This document shows, in pieces, positions 49,103 through 61,296 of a stretch of 64,000 bases of DNA. Source of the stretch: Gemmatimonadales bacterium (lineage in GTDB: Bacteria; Gemmatimonadota; Gemmatimonadetes; Gemmatimonadales; GWC2-71-9); the NCBI GenBank assembly GCA_037189525.1, contig JBBCJC010000005.1:928001-992000 (forward strand). Direction: 5' to 3'. The notes under the pieces are model-generated. The model was not told the DNA's origin. It saw only the letters and a program-made list of their open reading frames with translations, and made no database searches. How positions within the stretch are numbered: the stretch's first letter is position 1; the number at the start of each line of letters is the position of its first letter. The position numbers and the translations under genes are program-made.

Positions 49103-52100
49103 ATGACTCATCTTCGACTGGCCGGCCGCGGGATCTCCGCGTTCCGGGCCCCAGGTCGACCCGGGCGGCTTGCCGCGCTGTTGGTCGGCCTTCTCGCGTT
49201 CAGCGGTACGGCCGCGGCGCAATCGACCGGAACGCTTCGCGGTCGCGTCATCGAGCGCGGCAACGAGGCGCCGATCCCGGGCGTTCAGATCCAGGTCACG
49301 GCTGGCACCAGCCGCGTCTCGGCGCTGACCTCTCAGGATGGTCGCTACTCCCTCTCGACCGTACCGAGCGGACCGGTTTCGGTTCGCGCGGTCCGCATCG
49401 GCTACGCGCCGGTCACCCAGACCGCGACCGTCACGGCCGGTGGTGAAGTCGTCCTCGACTTCACGCTGGAACCGACGGTCGTCCAGCTCGAAGAGGTCGT
49501 CACGACGGCCACCGGTGAGCAGTCCCGCCGGGAAGTCGGCAACGTGGTCGCGACCCTCAAGGTCGACTCGCTGGTGAGCCGGAGTCCGGTCACCAGCGTG
49601 GCTGACGTCTTGAACGCCCGCACCGCCGGCGTCCAGGTCGTCCAGGGCGCGGGCCAGACCGGCTCGTCGCCGTCGATCCGGATCCGTGGTTCGAGCTCGC
49701 TCTCTCTCACCAACGAGCCGCTCTTCATCGTCGACGGTGTCCGGATGGACAACTCGCCGCAGCCCGGCGGCACGACGATCTCGTCGCAGCGCGTCAACCG
49801 GCTCGGCACGTTCAATCCGGACGAGATCGAGTCGCTCGACGTGATCAAGGGTCCGTCGGCCGCGGCGCTGTACGGCACCGCTGCCGCCAACGGCGTCATC
49901 GTGATCAAGACCAAGCGCGGTCGCGCGGGTCGGACCCAGTGGTCCGCCTACGCCGAGGGCGGCCAGGTGTCGCAGCCGGGCCAGTTCTTCGACAACTACC
50001 GCAGCTGGGGCCGTAACGTCGTGGGCGGCGTTCCGCAGTCCGCGGCCATCCAGTGCCAGATCTCGCAGCAGGCGCTCGGGAACTGCGTCATCGACAGCTT
50101 GACCACGTTCAATCCGTTGATGAACAAAGAGACCACGCCGTTCTCGACCCAGCCGCGCACCATGTTCGGCGTGCAGGCGTCGGGCGGCAGCGACCGGTTC
50201 CGCTTCTTCGTCAGCGCCGAGCGCGAAGACGAAACCGGCCCGTACGAAATGCCGGAAGCGGAAATCGCGCGTCTGACCACGATCCGCGGCAGGGCCCCGA
50301 TCGATGAGCACATCCATCCGAACAAGCTCGGCCAGACCAGCTTGCGCGGTAACTTCTCGGTCGGCCTGACCCCGACGCTCGATCTGACGATCGCAACGGG
50401 CTACCTGAACCGCCAGCTGCGCACGCCGTTCGACGGCGGCTACTTCGCCGGCCTGTCGTTCCAGAGCTACTTCGCCCCGGGCTTCCGCACTGCCTTCAAC
50501 GGCCTGTCGGCCCAGCACGTCGGCGACATCCTGTCGGTCGAGCAGTGGATGCGCGATCAGCGCCTCACCACCAGCAGCACCCTCAACTGGACCCCGAACT
50601 CCTGGCTCAGCGGCCGCGCCGTCATCGGCATGGACCAGACTCAGGGCTACGGCTACCGGTTTGCCCGCTTCGGTGAAGGCACCATCACCGGTTGGGGCCC
50701 GCCCGCGCAGACCGGCGGTAAGGACGTCAACCGGAACACCTACAGCCGGTACTCGGTCGACCTGGGCGCCACCGCGTCCTGGAACGTGAACCAGTCGATC
50801 TCGGCCAAGACGGCGGTTGGTGTGCAGTGGTTCAAGGACACCCAGTACCAGACCCTCGCGCAGGGTTACTCGCTGCCGCCGGGCGCCACGACGCCGAATG
50901 CCGCGTCGATCCGGACGGCGGGCGAGTTCACCGAAGAGAACGCCACCTACGGCGGCTACGTCGAGCAGACGTTCGGGATCAAGGAGCGCCTCTTCCTGAC
51001 CGGTGGCGTGCGCACCGACCAGAACAGCGCCTTCGGTTCCAACATCGGCAACACGGTTTATCCGCGGGCCGCGCTGTCCTATGTGATCAGCGACGAGTCC
51101 TGGTTCCCGGAGATCACCCCGGGCGGTAACGTCCGCCTCCGCGCCGCCTTCGGCCGCGCCGGCGTGCAGCCGACCACGATTGCCGCGCTCCAGTTCCTCA
51201 ATGCCTTCACGGTTCCGATCGACGGCGTCGAAACCCCGGGTCTCCGCATTGCGGCGCTCGGTAACGCCGACTTGAAGCCGGAAGTCACCACGGAAGTCGA
51301 GGCCGGTATCGACGCTGGGTTCTTCAACGAGCGGATCCTGCTCGAGCTGACGTACTTCACCAAGACCAGCAAAGACGCGCTCGTGCAGCAGCCGCTGCCG
51401 CCGTCGTTCGGCGCCGGTGCCACCCAGTGGCAGAACCTGGCCAAGGTCCGTAACCGCGGCTTCGAAGTGTCGGTCAACGCCGACGTGATCCGCGCCAAGC
51501 CGCTGTCGTGGAACCTCAACGTCACGGCGTCGTCGATCAAGAACCTGCTGGTCGATGCCGGTGGCGCCGCCCTCGCGGAAACGCAGGGTCAGCGTAACGC
51601 GGTGGGCTACCCGCTCTTCGGCCTCTGGGATCGTCCGATCACTGGCTGGAATGACACGAACGGCGACGGCATCCTGGTCGGCAGCGAAATCGAAGTTGGG
51701 GCGACGGCGGTCTACCGCGGTCCGACCCTGCCGACCCGTGAAGGCGCCATGACCAACACGATCGGCTTCTTCGATCAGAAGGTTCGCCTCGTCGGTCTCG
51801 TCGACTATCGTGGCGGCCACTACAATCAGTGGGGCTTCGAGAATCAGCGCTGCGCCAGCCTCAACTGCCAGGCCGTCAACGACCCGGACGCGCCTCTGGC
51901 CGACCAGGCCGCCGCCTTGGCCCGCAACAGCGGCGCCTTCGGCAACTCGACCTGGGGCTATTTCGTCCAGAACGACTTCATCCGTCTCCGTGAGCTCTCG
52001 CTCTCGGTCGACGTCCCGACCTCGGTGACCCGGAAGATCGGCTTCGGCTCCGCCAACGTCGTGCTGAGCGGCCGTAACCTGGGCACGCTGTGGACCAAGT

Positions 52101-52219
52101 ACCCGGGTATCGACCCCGAGACCAACGCCGTCGCGCAGAACACCGGTGGCGGTAACAACGACTATTACGCACCGCCGCCGGCTCGCTACTGGCTGCTCCG
52201 CGTCAACCTGGGCTTCTAA
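49103..52219 (+). CDS. SusC/RagA family TonB-dependent outer membrane transporter
   Basis: N-terminal carboxypeptidase-regulatory-like domain, LEEVVTT, IRIRG..PLFIVDG, IKGPSAAALYG..AANGVIVIKTKRG, LKPE, C-terminal NLGF. Confidence 0.95.
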   Translation: MTHLRLAGRGISAFRAPGRPGRLAALLVGLLAFSGTAAAQSTGTLRGRVIERGNEAPIPGVQIQVTAGTSRVSALTSQDGRYSLSTVPSGPVSVRAVRIGYAPVTQTATVTAGGEVVLDFTLEPTVVQLEEVVTTATGEQSRREVGNVVATLKVDSLVSRSPVTSVADVLNARTAGVQVVQGAGQTGSSPSIRIRGSSSLSLTNEPLFIVDGVRMDNSPQPGGTTISSQRVNRLGTFNPDEIESLDVIKGPSAAALYGTAAANGVIVIKTKRGRAGRTQWSAYAEGGQVSQPGQFFDNYRSWGRNVVGGVPQSAAIQCQISQQALGNCVIDSLTTFNPLMNKETTPFSTQPRTMFGVQASGGSDRFRFFVSAEREDETGPYEMPEAEIARLTTIRGRAPIDEHIHPNKLGQTSLRGNFSVGLTPTLDLTIATGYLNRQLRTPFDGGYFAGLSFQSYFAPGFRTAFNGLSAQHVGDILSVEQWMRDQRLTTSSTLNWTPNSWLSGRAVIGMDQTQGYGYRFARFGEGTITGWGPPAQTGGKDVNRNTYSRYSVDLGATASWNVNQSISAKTAVGVQWFKDTQYQTLAQGYSLPPGATTPNAASIRTAGEFTEENATYGGYVEQTFGIKERLFLTGGVRTDQNSAFGSNIGNTVYPRAALSYVISDESWFPEITPGGNVRLRAAFGRAGVQPTTIAALQFLNAFTVPIDGVETPGLRIAALGNADLKPEVTTEVEAGIDAGFFNERILLELTYFTKTSKDALVQQPLPPSFGAGATQWQNLAKVRNRGFEVSVNADVIRAKPLSWNLNVTASSIKNLLVDAGGAALAETQGQRNAVGYPLFGLWDRPITGWNDTNGDGILVGSEIEVGATAVYRGPTLPTREGAMTNTIGFFDQKVRLVGLVDYRGGHYNQWGFENQRCASLNCQAVNDPDAPLADQAAALARNSGAFGNSTWGYFVQNDFIRLRELSLSVDVPTSVTRKIGFGSANVVLSGRNLGTLWTKYPGIDPETNAVAQNTGGGNNDYYAPPPARYWLLRVNLGF

Positions 52220-52279
52220 TCGATGTCCGGGACTGAGACGACTTTGAAGACTTTGACCGCGCCAGAGGGGGCCGGTATC

Positions 52280-53674
52280 ATGCGAACCTATCGTGGATGG
52301 AGCACCCGGGCAGCCGGGCTGCTGACCGTAGCTGCGCTCGTGACGGGCGGCTGCAGCCGAGAGGATCTCCTCTCGGTCGACACGCCCGACCAGTTGCCGG
52401 TCACCGAGGGCAACAGCCCGGCCGGCGCCGCCGCGCTCCGGGCGGCAGCCGTCGGCAATTTCAACAACTTCTACAGCGGCACGGTGCTCATGGGCGTCGT
52501 GCTGTACGTGGGCGTCCTGAGTGATGAGTTGATCAACGCCCGTCCGGGCGGCGAACACCTGGACATCCGCGCCTTCAACCCCAACGTGTTCCCGAACCGG
52601 CCGTGGGAGAACTTCTCCAACGCGTACACCCAGATCATCCGGGCCACCGGAGCGCTGCAGCAGTACGGCGCCGAGGGCGCGGCGCGGAACACGCAGGTCG
52701 GTAACCTGCTCGCCATCCGCGGCATTGCCACGACCATCGTGGGTGAGCTGTTCTGCAACGGCGTGCCGCTGTCCGACGTGGCCGACGTTCGCGGTGAGCA
52801 GCCCACCACGACGACCGTGACGACGACGCAGTTGTACGAGCAGTCGATCCGCGCCTTCGATAGCGCGCTGGCCGTGCTGGGTACTACCGGTGCGGACGTG
52901 AATCAGCGGTACCTGGCCCGGATCGGAAAGGCCCGCGCGCTGGTCAACCTGAACCGGTACGCCGATGCCGCCGCCGTGGTCAAGGCCGGTGGTGACGGAG
53001 CCGGATCGGTGGCGGTTCCGTCCAACTTCGTCTTCCGGAGCAGCCATTCGCAGACCTCGAATGCGCACGCGGTGTACGACTGGATGGTCGGTACGGCCAA
53101 CTTCGGCCCGTCCGACAATGAGGGCGGCAACGGCCTCAACTTCCGGAGCGCCAACGACCCGCGCGTCGTGATCGGAACGACCTTCCGGCTCGGCCAGGAC
53201 GGATCGACGCAGGTCTACACCATTGCCGGGTATCCGGATGGCAATACCTCGAGCGACATTGCCACCGGCGTCGAAGCGCGTTTGATCGAGGCCGAGGCTG
53301 CGCTCAAGGACGGCGATGTCACCGGGTATCTCGCGGCGCTCAACGCTCCGCGGGCGGACGCCGCGGTTCGGGCGAGCCGCAAGGTGCCGATCTCGACGGA
53401 CCCGGCGGTGCTGCCGCCGCTGACCGATCCGGGGACCCCTGAAGGACGGGTCGACCTGCTCTTCCGCGAGCGGGCGTTCTGGATGTACCTCACCGGCCAC
53501 CGCGTCGGCGACCTCCGCCGCCTGGTGCGCCAGTACGGCCGCAACTCCGAAACCGTCTGGCCGACGGGCGCCTACTTCAAGGGCGGCGTCTACGGCACCG
53601 ATCAGAACCTGATCCCGATGGGCACGGAGTTGACCAACCCGGGTTGGACCGCCTGCACGGATCGTAACGCCTGA
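52280..53674 (+). CDS. SusD/RagB family lipoprotein
   Basis: VTGGC lipobox, LSDE, DPRV, EARLIEAEA, ERAFWMYLTGHRVGDLRR; downstream of susC. Confidence 0.88.
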   Translation: MRTYRGWSTRAAGLLTVAALVTGGCSREDLLSVDTPDQLPVTEGNSPAGAAALRAAAVGNFNNFYSGTVLMGVVLYVGVLSDELINARPGGEHLDIRAFNPNVFPNRPWENFSNAYTQIIRATGALQQYGAEGAARNTQVGNLLAIRGIATTIVGELFCNGVPLSDVADVRGEQPTTTTVTTTQLYEQSIRAFDSALAVLGTTGADVNQRYLARIGKARALVNLNRYADAAAVVKAGGDGAGSVAVPSNFVFRSSHSQTSNAHAVYDWMVGTANFGPSDNEGGNGLNFRSANDPRVVIGTTFRLGQDGSTQVYTIAGYPDGNTSSDIATGVEARLIEAEAALKDGDVTGYLAALNAPRADAAVRASRKVPISTDPAVLPPLTDPGTPEGRVDLLFRERAFWMYLTGHRVGDLRRLVRQYGRNSETVWPTGAYFKGGVYGTDQNLIPMGTELTNPGWTACTDRNA

Positions 53675-53686
53675 TCCTGTTCGGCA

Positions 53687-53767
53687 CGGTGCAGCGCTGC
53701 TCACGTAGCGCTGCACCGACAAACGGCCCCGCCAGCGATTCCGATCGCCGGCGGGGCCGTTTCGTTT
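53687..53767. terminator. Two tandem hairpins between convergent susD and prfC; bidirectional terminator
   Basis: CGGTGCAGCGCTGC-TCAC-GTAGCGCTGCACCG and AAACGGCCCCGCC...GGCGGGGCCGTTT. Confidence 0.8.
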
Positions 53768-53790
53768 GCAGGGAAACCGTTTCGCGGCTA

Positions 53791-55440
<1,650 letters not shown>

Positions 55441-55631
55441 GAACCACTCCAGGGTTGAGGCGCCGATTGCGCTCGGGCCCAAGATAACGCCCCCGCTCGG
55501 CACCGCGCCGACTGCTGACAGGACCCCGATTCGAAGCGATATTGGACAGATGGGCGGAATCCGGCCGGAGGTGTGCCCCACCCCGGCCGGCGGGCGTCCC
55601 CCTTTGCGCAGGCGACCTCAGGAGGCTCCAG

Positions 55632-56366
55632 ATGCAACGGTACGCGCTCCCGTTTGTGGTGCTCGGCGCGCTCTTGGGTCCGGCTGTTCTCGAGGCGCAG
55701 GCGGTGCTGATCGGTCGGGTCGTGAACGATTCCACCAAGGCGCCGATTGCCGGAGCGGAGATCATCCTCGAGCCCAACGCGCGGCGGCTCGAATCGGATT
55801 CCCTCGGGCGATTCGTCCTCGACCGGCTGCCGCTGGGCGCCGCCAGCGCCATCGTCCGGAAAATCGGATACCGGGGTGTCCGAGTCCGCACCCTGATCTT
55901 CAGCAGCGACACGCTCGATGTCGAAGTCCCGCTCGAAGCCGCCGGCGCCTACGAACTCGCCCCGATCGAGGTGGTGGCTTCGGGCGTACCACCGGGCATG
56001 GCTGCTTACGCCGAGCGCCGGCTGCGCGGCACCGGCAGCTACATCGATGCCGATGAGTTGCGACGTTCGGAATCGCGCGGACTGAGCGACTTGCTCCGCA
56101 TGCAACGCGGCATCCGGATGACCGCCAACCGGTACGGCCGATGGATCGTCACCGGCACCCGATCCAACTGCCCCATGACGATTTGGATCGACGGAATCAA
56201 GATCTACGATCTGTCGTCACGCATCGGGCCGCCCGACATCGACGACTTTCCGATCATGCAACTCGAAGCTATCGAGATCTATCGCGGCGGCGCCGACACG
56301 CCGCCGGAACTGGATCCCGGCCGCAGCGGGTGCGGTACGATCGTCCTCTGGACCCGCCGGCGCTAA
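55632..56366 (+). CDS. Carboxypeptidase-regulatory-like domain + TonB plug-like domain, no beta-barrel
   Basis: GGAGG RBS, signal peptide, GRVV..PIAGAEI, RKIGY, IWIDG, LEAIEIYRG, CGTIVLWTRR then stop. Confidence 0.8.
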   Translation: MQRYALPFVVLGALLGPAVLEAQAVLIGRVVNDSTKAPIAGAEIILEPNARRLESDSLGRFVLDRLPLGAASAIVRKIGYRGVRVRTLIFSSDTLDVEVPLEAAGAYELAPIEVVASGVPPGMAAYAERRLRGTGSYIDADELRRSESRGLSDLLRMQRGIRMTANRYGRWIVTGTRSNCPMTIWIDGIKIYDLSSRIGPPDIDDFPIMQLEAIEIYRGGADTPPELDPGRSGCGTIVLWTRRR

Positions 56367-56435
56367 TTCCGCGGGTGTGCTGTAATACGCCAGCCGGGCG
56401 TCTCCCAAGATAGAACCTCAAACGGGGGGCGCATC

Positions 56436-56585
56436 ATGCTGGAGACCATTGCGGTCGTGCTCTTGGTCTTGTGGGTCCTTGGGCTCGTGAGCAGCTATAC
56501 CATCGGCGGATTCATTCACGTTCTCCTGGTGCTCGCGATCGTCATCGTCCTGCTCCGGGTCATTCGCGGCCGGAAACCGGTGTAA
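56436..56585 (+). CDS. lmo0937-family small membrane protein, 49 aa (below ORF-track cutoff)
   Basis: Translated by hand: MLETIAVVLLVLWVLGLVSSYTIGGFIHVLLVLAIVIVLLRVIRGRKPV. Confidence 0.85.
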   Translation: MLETIAVVLLVLWVLGLVSSYTIGGFIHVLLVLAIVIVLLRVIRGRKPV

Positions 56586-56591
56586 TTCGGA

Positions 56592-57767
56592 TCACCGCAT
56601 CAAGCGCGGTAGCTGGGTAGCAACCGTATACGCACCCAGCGCGGCCATCGCTACGGCAACCGTCAACGCCGCAGCGATGAGCCACCCGGGCTGCGGCACT
56701 ACCTGCCGGTACGGCTCGCGCCGCAGCGCGACGAGCACCGTGCCGAGCGCCATCGGCAGAATCAGTCCGTTGAGCGCACCAACCGCCACCAGAATCCTGA
56801 CCGGCTGTCCAACCAGCAGAAAGATCAGCGTACCTGCCAGGATGAACACGGCCGTCAGGAGCCTCCGCCGGGCGCTCCAGCGCTGGAGGAACGTCACCGA
56901 GGTATAGGCCGAGCCGATGACCGACGTGAGCGCAGCGGCCCACATCACCAGCCCGAAGATTCGATATCCGATATCACCTGCCGCAATCCGGAAGACCGAC
57001 GCCGGCGGATTCGATGGATCGATGGTGTGCCCCGCCGCCACCACGCCGAGCGCGCCGAGAAACAGGATGACACGCATGGCCGTGGCGATCCCGATGCCGA
57101 GCAGCGCGCCGTGCGTTGCCGTCCTCATATGGGCCTGTCCTGCCACCCCGGCATCGAGCAGCCGGTGCGCACCGGCAAAGGTGATGTAGCCTCCGACGGT
57201 CCCGCCGACGATGGTCACTACGGCCAGCGGATGGATCCGTTCCGGCAAGACGGTCCGATAGAGCGCCTCCCCGATCGGGGGATCGGCCCAGATGGCCACC
57301 GCGAGCGCCAGTGCCACCATCACGAGCCCCAGCACTTTGACGACCGCGTCCATGAAGCGTCCGGCATCCCGCACCAGGAACACACCCAGGGCCAGGACGG
57401 CACTCAGCACCGCCCCGAGGCGGATGTCGATCCCGGTCAGGACGTGGAGGCCCAACCCGGCGCCGGCCACGTTGCCGATGTTGAAGGCCAGGCCGCCCAG
57501 CGCGACCAGGCCACTGAGGAGCGCGCCGAGCCCGGGCCAGACCCGATCGGCCAGCTGCGGCGCGGACTCGCCTGCGCCGATCAGCACCCGCCAGATGAGC
57601 AGTTGCGCCGCCAGGTCGAAAACGACAGACACCAGAATCGCAAACCCGAAGCTCGCGCCCAGCTCGCCGGTAAAGACCGCGGTCTGGGTCAGGAAGCCGG
57701 GACCGATCGCGGAGATCGCCATTAGAAACGCGGCGCCGACGACGGCTGAACGTACCGGTGTGCTCAT
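56592..57767 (-). CDS. NRAMP-like (YcsG-type) transporter
   Basis: AIGPGFLTQT, AFNIGN, VGGTVGGYITFAGAHR, GALNG. Confidence 0.9.
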   Translation of the reverse strand: MSTPVRSAVVGAAFLMAISAIGPGFLTQTAVFTGELGASFGFAILVSVVFDLAAQLLIWRVLIGAGESAPQLADRVWPGLGALLSGLVALGGLAFNIGNVAGAGLGLHVLTGIDIRLGAVLSAVLALGVFLVRDAGRFMDAVVKVLGLVMVALALAVAIWADPPIGEALYRTVLPERIHPLAVVTIVGGTVGGYITFAGAHRLLDAGVAGQAHMRTATHGALLGIGIATAMRVILFLGALGVVAAGHTIDPSNPPASVFRIAAGDIGYRIFGLVMWAAALTSVIGSAYTSVTFLQRWSARRRLLTAVFILAGTLIFLLVGQPVRILVAVGALNGLILPMALGTVLVALRREPYRQVVPQPGWLIAAALTVAVAMAALGAYTVATQLPRLMR

Positions 57768-57839
57768 GAATTTCCTGATCCTGTTGTCCCGCCTGACCTG
57801 GCCGATCGGCCGCCGTTATATTCGCAGATCGTGACTTCC

Positions 57840-59231
57840 ATGACACCACCATCGCCTGTACGGGTCGCCGTCATCGGCGCCGGCCCAGCCGGATTCTTTC
57901 TGGCCGATAAGCTGCTTTCGCAGTCCGATGTCCCGATTGCCGTCGACATGTTCGAACGCCTGCCGGTGCCGTACGGGCTGGTGCGATTCGGCGTTGCCCC
58001 GGACCATGAGAAGATCAAACTGGTCACCCGAGCCTTCGACAAGGTGTCGGCACGAGCCGGTTTCCGCTATTACGGCAACGTCGAAGTCGGCACGACGGTA
58101 ACGCTCCAGGAGCTGCAGCAGCACTACCACGCCATTGCCTTTACCACCGGCGCCCAGTCGGACCGCCGGATGGGCATTCCGGGTGAAGAGCTGGCCGGCA
58201 GCCACGCAGCAACCGAACTGGTGGCCTGGTACAACGGACATCCGGACTATCGGGATCGCCAGTTCGACCTGAGCGCCGAGCGGGTGGCCGTGATCGGGGT
58301 CGGCAACGTGGCCGTCGACGTGGCCCGGATCCTCTGCCGTTCGGCCGACGAACTGGGACGGACCGACATGGCCGACCACGCCGTCGAAGCGCTCCGGCAG
58401 AGCGGGATTCGCGAAGTCCTGCTGCTCGGCCGCCGCGGACCGGTCCAGGCCGCCTTCACCACTCCCGAGGTCAAAGAACTCGGCGAGCTCGAACATGCCG
58501 ACGCGTTGGCGCTTCCGGAAGAGGTGGCGCTGGACCCGTTGAGCGCCGCGCAGTTCGCCACGATCGAAGATCCGAGCGAGCGTCGCAAGATCGAGGTCCT
58601 GAACGAGCTGGCAACCCGGAGCCGAACCGGCAAGGCCCGGTGCCTGACGCTCCGCTTCTTGGTGTCGCCGCTGGAACTGGTGGACGACGGCACGGGACGG
58701 GTGGGCGCGATTCGGGTCGGCAAGAATCGGCTGGTCGAGCGCGACGGCGCCCTGGTTGCCGAACCGACGGGCGAAGTGGAGGAGATTCCGGTCGGACTGG
58801 TTTTCCGCTCGGTGGGCTATCGCGGCAAGCCGATCCCGGGACTGCCGTTCGACGAACGGCGCGGCACGGTGCCGAATACCCAGGGTCGCGTCACCGATCC
58901 AGCGTCCGGGCAGGCCCTTCCGGGCCTCTACGTCGCCGGCTGGATCAAGCGCGGGCCGAGCGGCGTGATCGGGACCAACAAGCCGGATGCGGCGGAAACC
59001 GCCGACGCGATTCTCTCGGACGCCCGAAACGAACAGCTTCCGGTTCCGTCCTCCTCGTCGGGCGACGCGATCGACCAGCTGATTCGCGCGCGTCAGAGTG
59101 ATCTGGTCACCTGGACCGACTGGCAGCGGATCAACGACGCCGAAACCACGGCGGGCAAGACTGCCGGGCGGCCGCGGGTCAAACTGACCCGGGTGACCGA
59201 GTTGGTCAACGCCAGCCGCGCATCCTCATGA
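57840..59231 (+). CDS. Ferredoxin--NADP reductase, adrenodoxin-reductase/FprA type
   Basis: IGAGPAG, GLVRFGVAPDH, IGVGNVAVD, GRRG, SVGY, GWIKRGPSG; start 57831 or 57840. Confidence 0.92.
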   Translation: MTPPSPVRVAVIGAGPAGFFLADKLLSQSDVPIAVDMFERLPVPYGLVRFGVAPDHEKIKLVTRAFDKVSARAGFRYYGNVEVGTTVTLQELQQHYHAIAFTTGAQSDRRMGIPGEELAGSHAATELVAWYNGHPDYRDRQFDLSAERVAVIGVGNVAVDVARILCRSADELGRTDMADHAVEALRQSGIREVLLLGRRGPVQAAFTTPEVKELGELEHADALALPEEVALDPLSAAQFATIEDPSERRKIEVLNELATRSRTGKARCLTLRFLVSPLELVDDGTGRVGAIRVGKNRLVERDGALVAEPTGEVEEIPVGLVFRSVGYRGKPIPGLPFDERRGTVPNTQGRVTDPASGQALPGLYVAGWIKRGPSGVIGTNKPDAAETADAILSDARNEQLPVPSSSSGDAIDQLIRARQSDLVTWTDWQRINDAETTAGKTAGRPRVKLTRVTELVNASRASS

Positions 59232-60502
59232 CTCGTTTGCTGCGCCGGTTCGGGTTTACCCTCGTCGGCGCGGCATTGCTCGCCGGCCAACCCAACCCCG
59301 CCGCTGCGCAACAAGTCAACACCTTCGACGCCGAGCGGCTGGCCCGCCTCGATCGCGTCATGACGGACCTGGTCGATCGCGGCGCCATGGCGGGCGCGGT
59401 CACCCTGATTCTGCATAACGGCGTCCCGGTGCATCGGGGCGCCTACGGCTGGGCCGATAAGCCGGCCGGGCGCCGGCTCCAGCATGACGCGCTGTTTCGG
59501 ATTGCCTCGCAGACCAAAGCCATCACCGCCGTCGGGGTGATGCTCCTGGTCGAAGAAGGCCGCCTCACGCTGGCCGACCCGGTCTCCCGCTACCTGCCGA
59601 GCTTTGCCAAAACCACGGTTGCGGTCGCTACGGATACCGGCCGGGCCGTGGTGCCGGCGCGGCGTCCGATCACGATTCGCGACCTGCTGACCCACACGTC
59701 CGGCATTTCCTACGGCACCGATCCGTTGGTCGCTCCGCTCTACCAGGCCGCGGGGCTCGGGCCCGCCGCCGGTTTCGGATGGTACACCGCCGACAAAGAC
59801 GAGCCAATTTGCGACACCATGGACCGGCTCGGCACGCTGCCGTTCGTTCGCCAGCCGGGTGAGGCATACGTTTACGGATACGGCAATGACGTCGCGGGGT
59901 GCATCATCGAGCGGGTGACCGGCCAGCCCCTCGATCGCTTTTTTGCCACCCGGATCTTCGCGCCGCTCGGGATGACCGACACGTACTTCTTCGTCCCGGC
60001 CGACAAGGCTGCGCGCCTTGCGGCTGTGCATCGCGACAGCGCGGGGTCGATCGTGCGGGCGCCCGAAGGGGCACGGGGCCAGGGGCACTACGTGCAGGGC
60101 CCCCGCCGAAGCTTTGCCGGCGGCGCGGGCCTGGTGTCGACCGCAGAAGACTACGGGCGCTTCCTCCGAATGCTGCAGAACGACGGGGCGCTCGACGGCA
60201 CCCGCCTCCTGGCGCCATCGACGGTTCGCCTCCTGACCACCAACCTGGTCGGTACGCTGCACTCCGGCGACGGATACGGCTACAGCCTGGCGTTCCAGAC
60301 GACCGAACGGACCGGCGCCGGAGCCACGCCGCAATCGGCCGGCAGCTACGGATGGGGCGGCGCCTATCAGAGCAGCTACCTCGTCGACCCCGCCCAGGGG
60401 ATCATCGCCATTCTGCTGACGCAACACCTGCCCAATCTCCCGGTCGATGTCCGCGGCATCTTCCGCAACCTGGTGTATCAGGCCCTCGTACCGGCCCGCT
60501 GA
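59228..60502 (+). CDS. Secreted serine hydrolase, beta-lactamase-like family
   Basis: FRIASQTK, LLTHTSG, YGY, WGG. Confidence 0.9.
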   Translation: MTRLLRRFGFTLVGAALLAGQPNPAAAQQVNTFDAERLARLDRVMTDLVDRGAMAGAVTLILHNGVPVHRGAYGWADKPAGRRLQHDALFRIASQTKAITAVGVMLLVEEGRLTLADPVSRYLPSFAKTTVAVATDTGRAVVPARRPITIRDLLTHTSGISYGTDPLVAPLYQAAGLGPAAGFGWYTADKDEPICDTMDRLGTLPFVRQPGEAYVYGYGNDVAGCIIERVTGQPLDRFFATRIFAPLGMTDTYFFVPADKAARLAAVHRDSAGSIVRAPEGARGQGHYVQGPRRSFAGGAGLVSTAEDYGRFLRMLQNDGALDGTRLLAPSTVRLLTTNLVGTLHSGDGYGYSLAFQTTERTGAGATPQSAGSYGWGGAYQSSYLVDPAQGIIAILLTQHLPNLPVDVRGIFRNLVYQALVPAR

Positions 60503-60511
60503 CCGGCGGCA

Positions 60512-61228
60512 ATGTCCCTCCTCCTCTGGATCGCGATCACCGCGATCATAGCCGTCGGGGCATTCCTGCAGGCCACGCTGGGCTTCGGCATGGCGCTGCT
60601 CGCGGCCCCGCTGCTCGCCCTGCTCGATCCCTCGCTGATTCCCGGCCCGATGCTCCTGACGTCGGCGCTGCTCACCCTGCTGATGACGCGCCGAGAGTGG
60701 CACGCGGTGCGGGGCCGAGACCTGGGCTGGTCGCTGGGCGGACGGGTCATCGGCATCGTGGTTGCGCTCGCGGTGATGGACCGGATTTCTACCAACGGGA
60801 TGGATCTGCTGTTCGGGGCGATCGTCCTGGGCGCGGTGCTGATGTCGGCGGGCGGTATGTCGTTTCGTCTGACGCCAGGCACACTCTGGCATGCCGGGAT
60901 GGTTTCGGGCCTGATGGGAACGGTGACTTCGATCGGCGGACCGCCGATGGCCCTGATCTACCAGAACGAACGTGGTCCCGAGGTCCGGGGCACCCTGTCG
61001 GCGTACTTCCTGGTCGGGACGATCCTGTCCGTGATGGGACTCGCCTGGGCCGGTCGCTTCGGCCTGCTCGAGCTCAGGACCGGATTGATGCTCTGCCCCG
61101 GGGTGATCCTAGGCTATCTGGCGTCCCGCCGTGCGCTGGGTTTCATGGACCGGCGCGGTCTCCGGCCGGCCATTCTCGCGATGGCCGCAGCCTCCGGCCT
61201 GGTCGTGATCCTGCGCCAACTGCTCTAG
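60512..61228 (+). CDS. TauE/SafE family membrane protein
   Basis: GFGMAL, IGGPP, about 8 TM helices. Confidence 0.85.
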   Translation: MSLLLWIAITAIIAVGAFLQATLGFGMALLAAPLLALLDPSLIPGPMLLTSALLTLLMTRREWHAVRGRDLGWSLGGRVIGIVVALAVMDRISTNGMDLLFGAIVLGAVLMSAGGMSFRLTPGTLWHAGMVSGLMGTVTSIGGPPMALIYQNERGPEVRGTLSAYFLVGTILSVMGLAWAGRFGLLELRTGLMLCPGVILGYLASRRALGFMDRRGLRPAILAMAAASGLVVILRQLL

Positions 61229-61296
61229 ACCTTCCTCGGCTCCGGGGGCGGGGCCATCTTTCAGGTGTCCATTCCCTCTCCCGCACGAGCGTCACG

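Noticed and set aside
48965..53722. 1585-aa minus-strand ORF antisense to susC-susD
   Set aside because: Shadow ORF expected from strong GC3 bias; susC and susD share a frame, so the antisense frame stays open; no recognisable motifs
59899..61296. Apparent 888-aa dipeptidase fusion
   Set aside because: The N-terminal extension is an alternative frame over the serine hydrolase and TauE genes; the real gene starts near 61297
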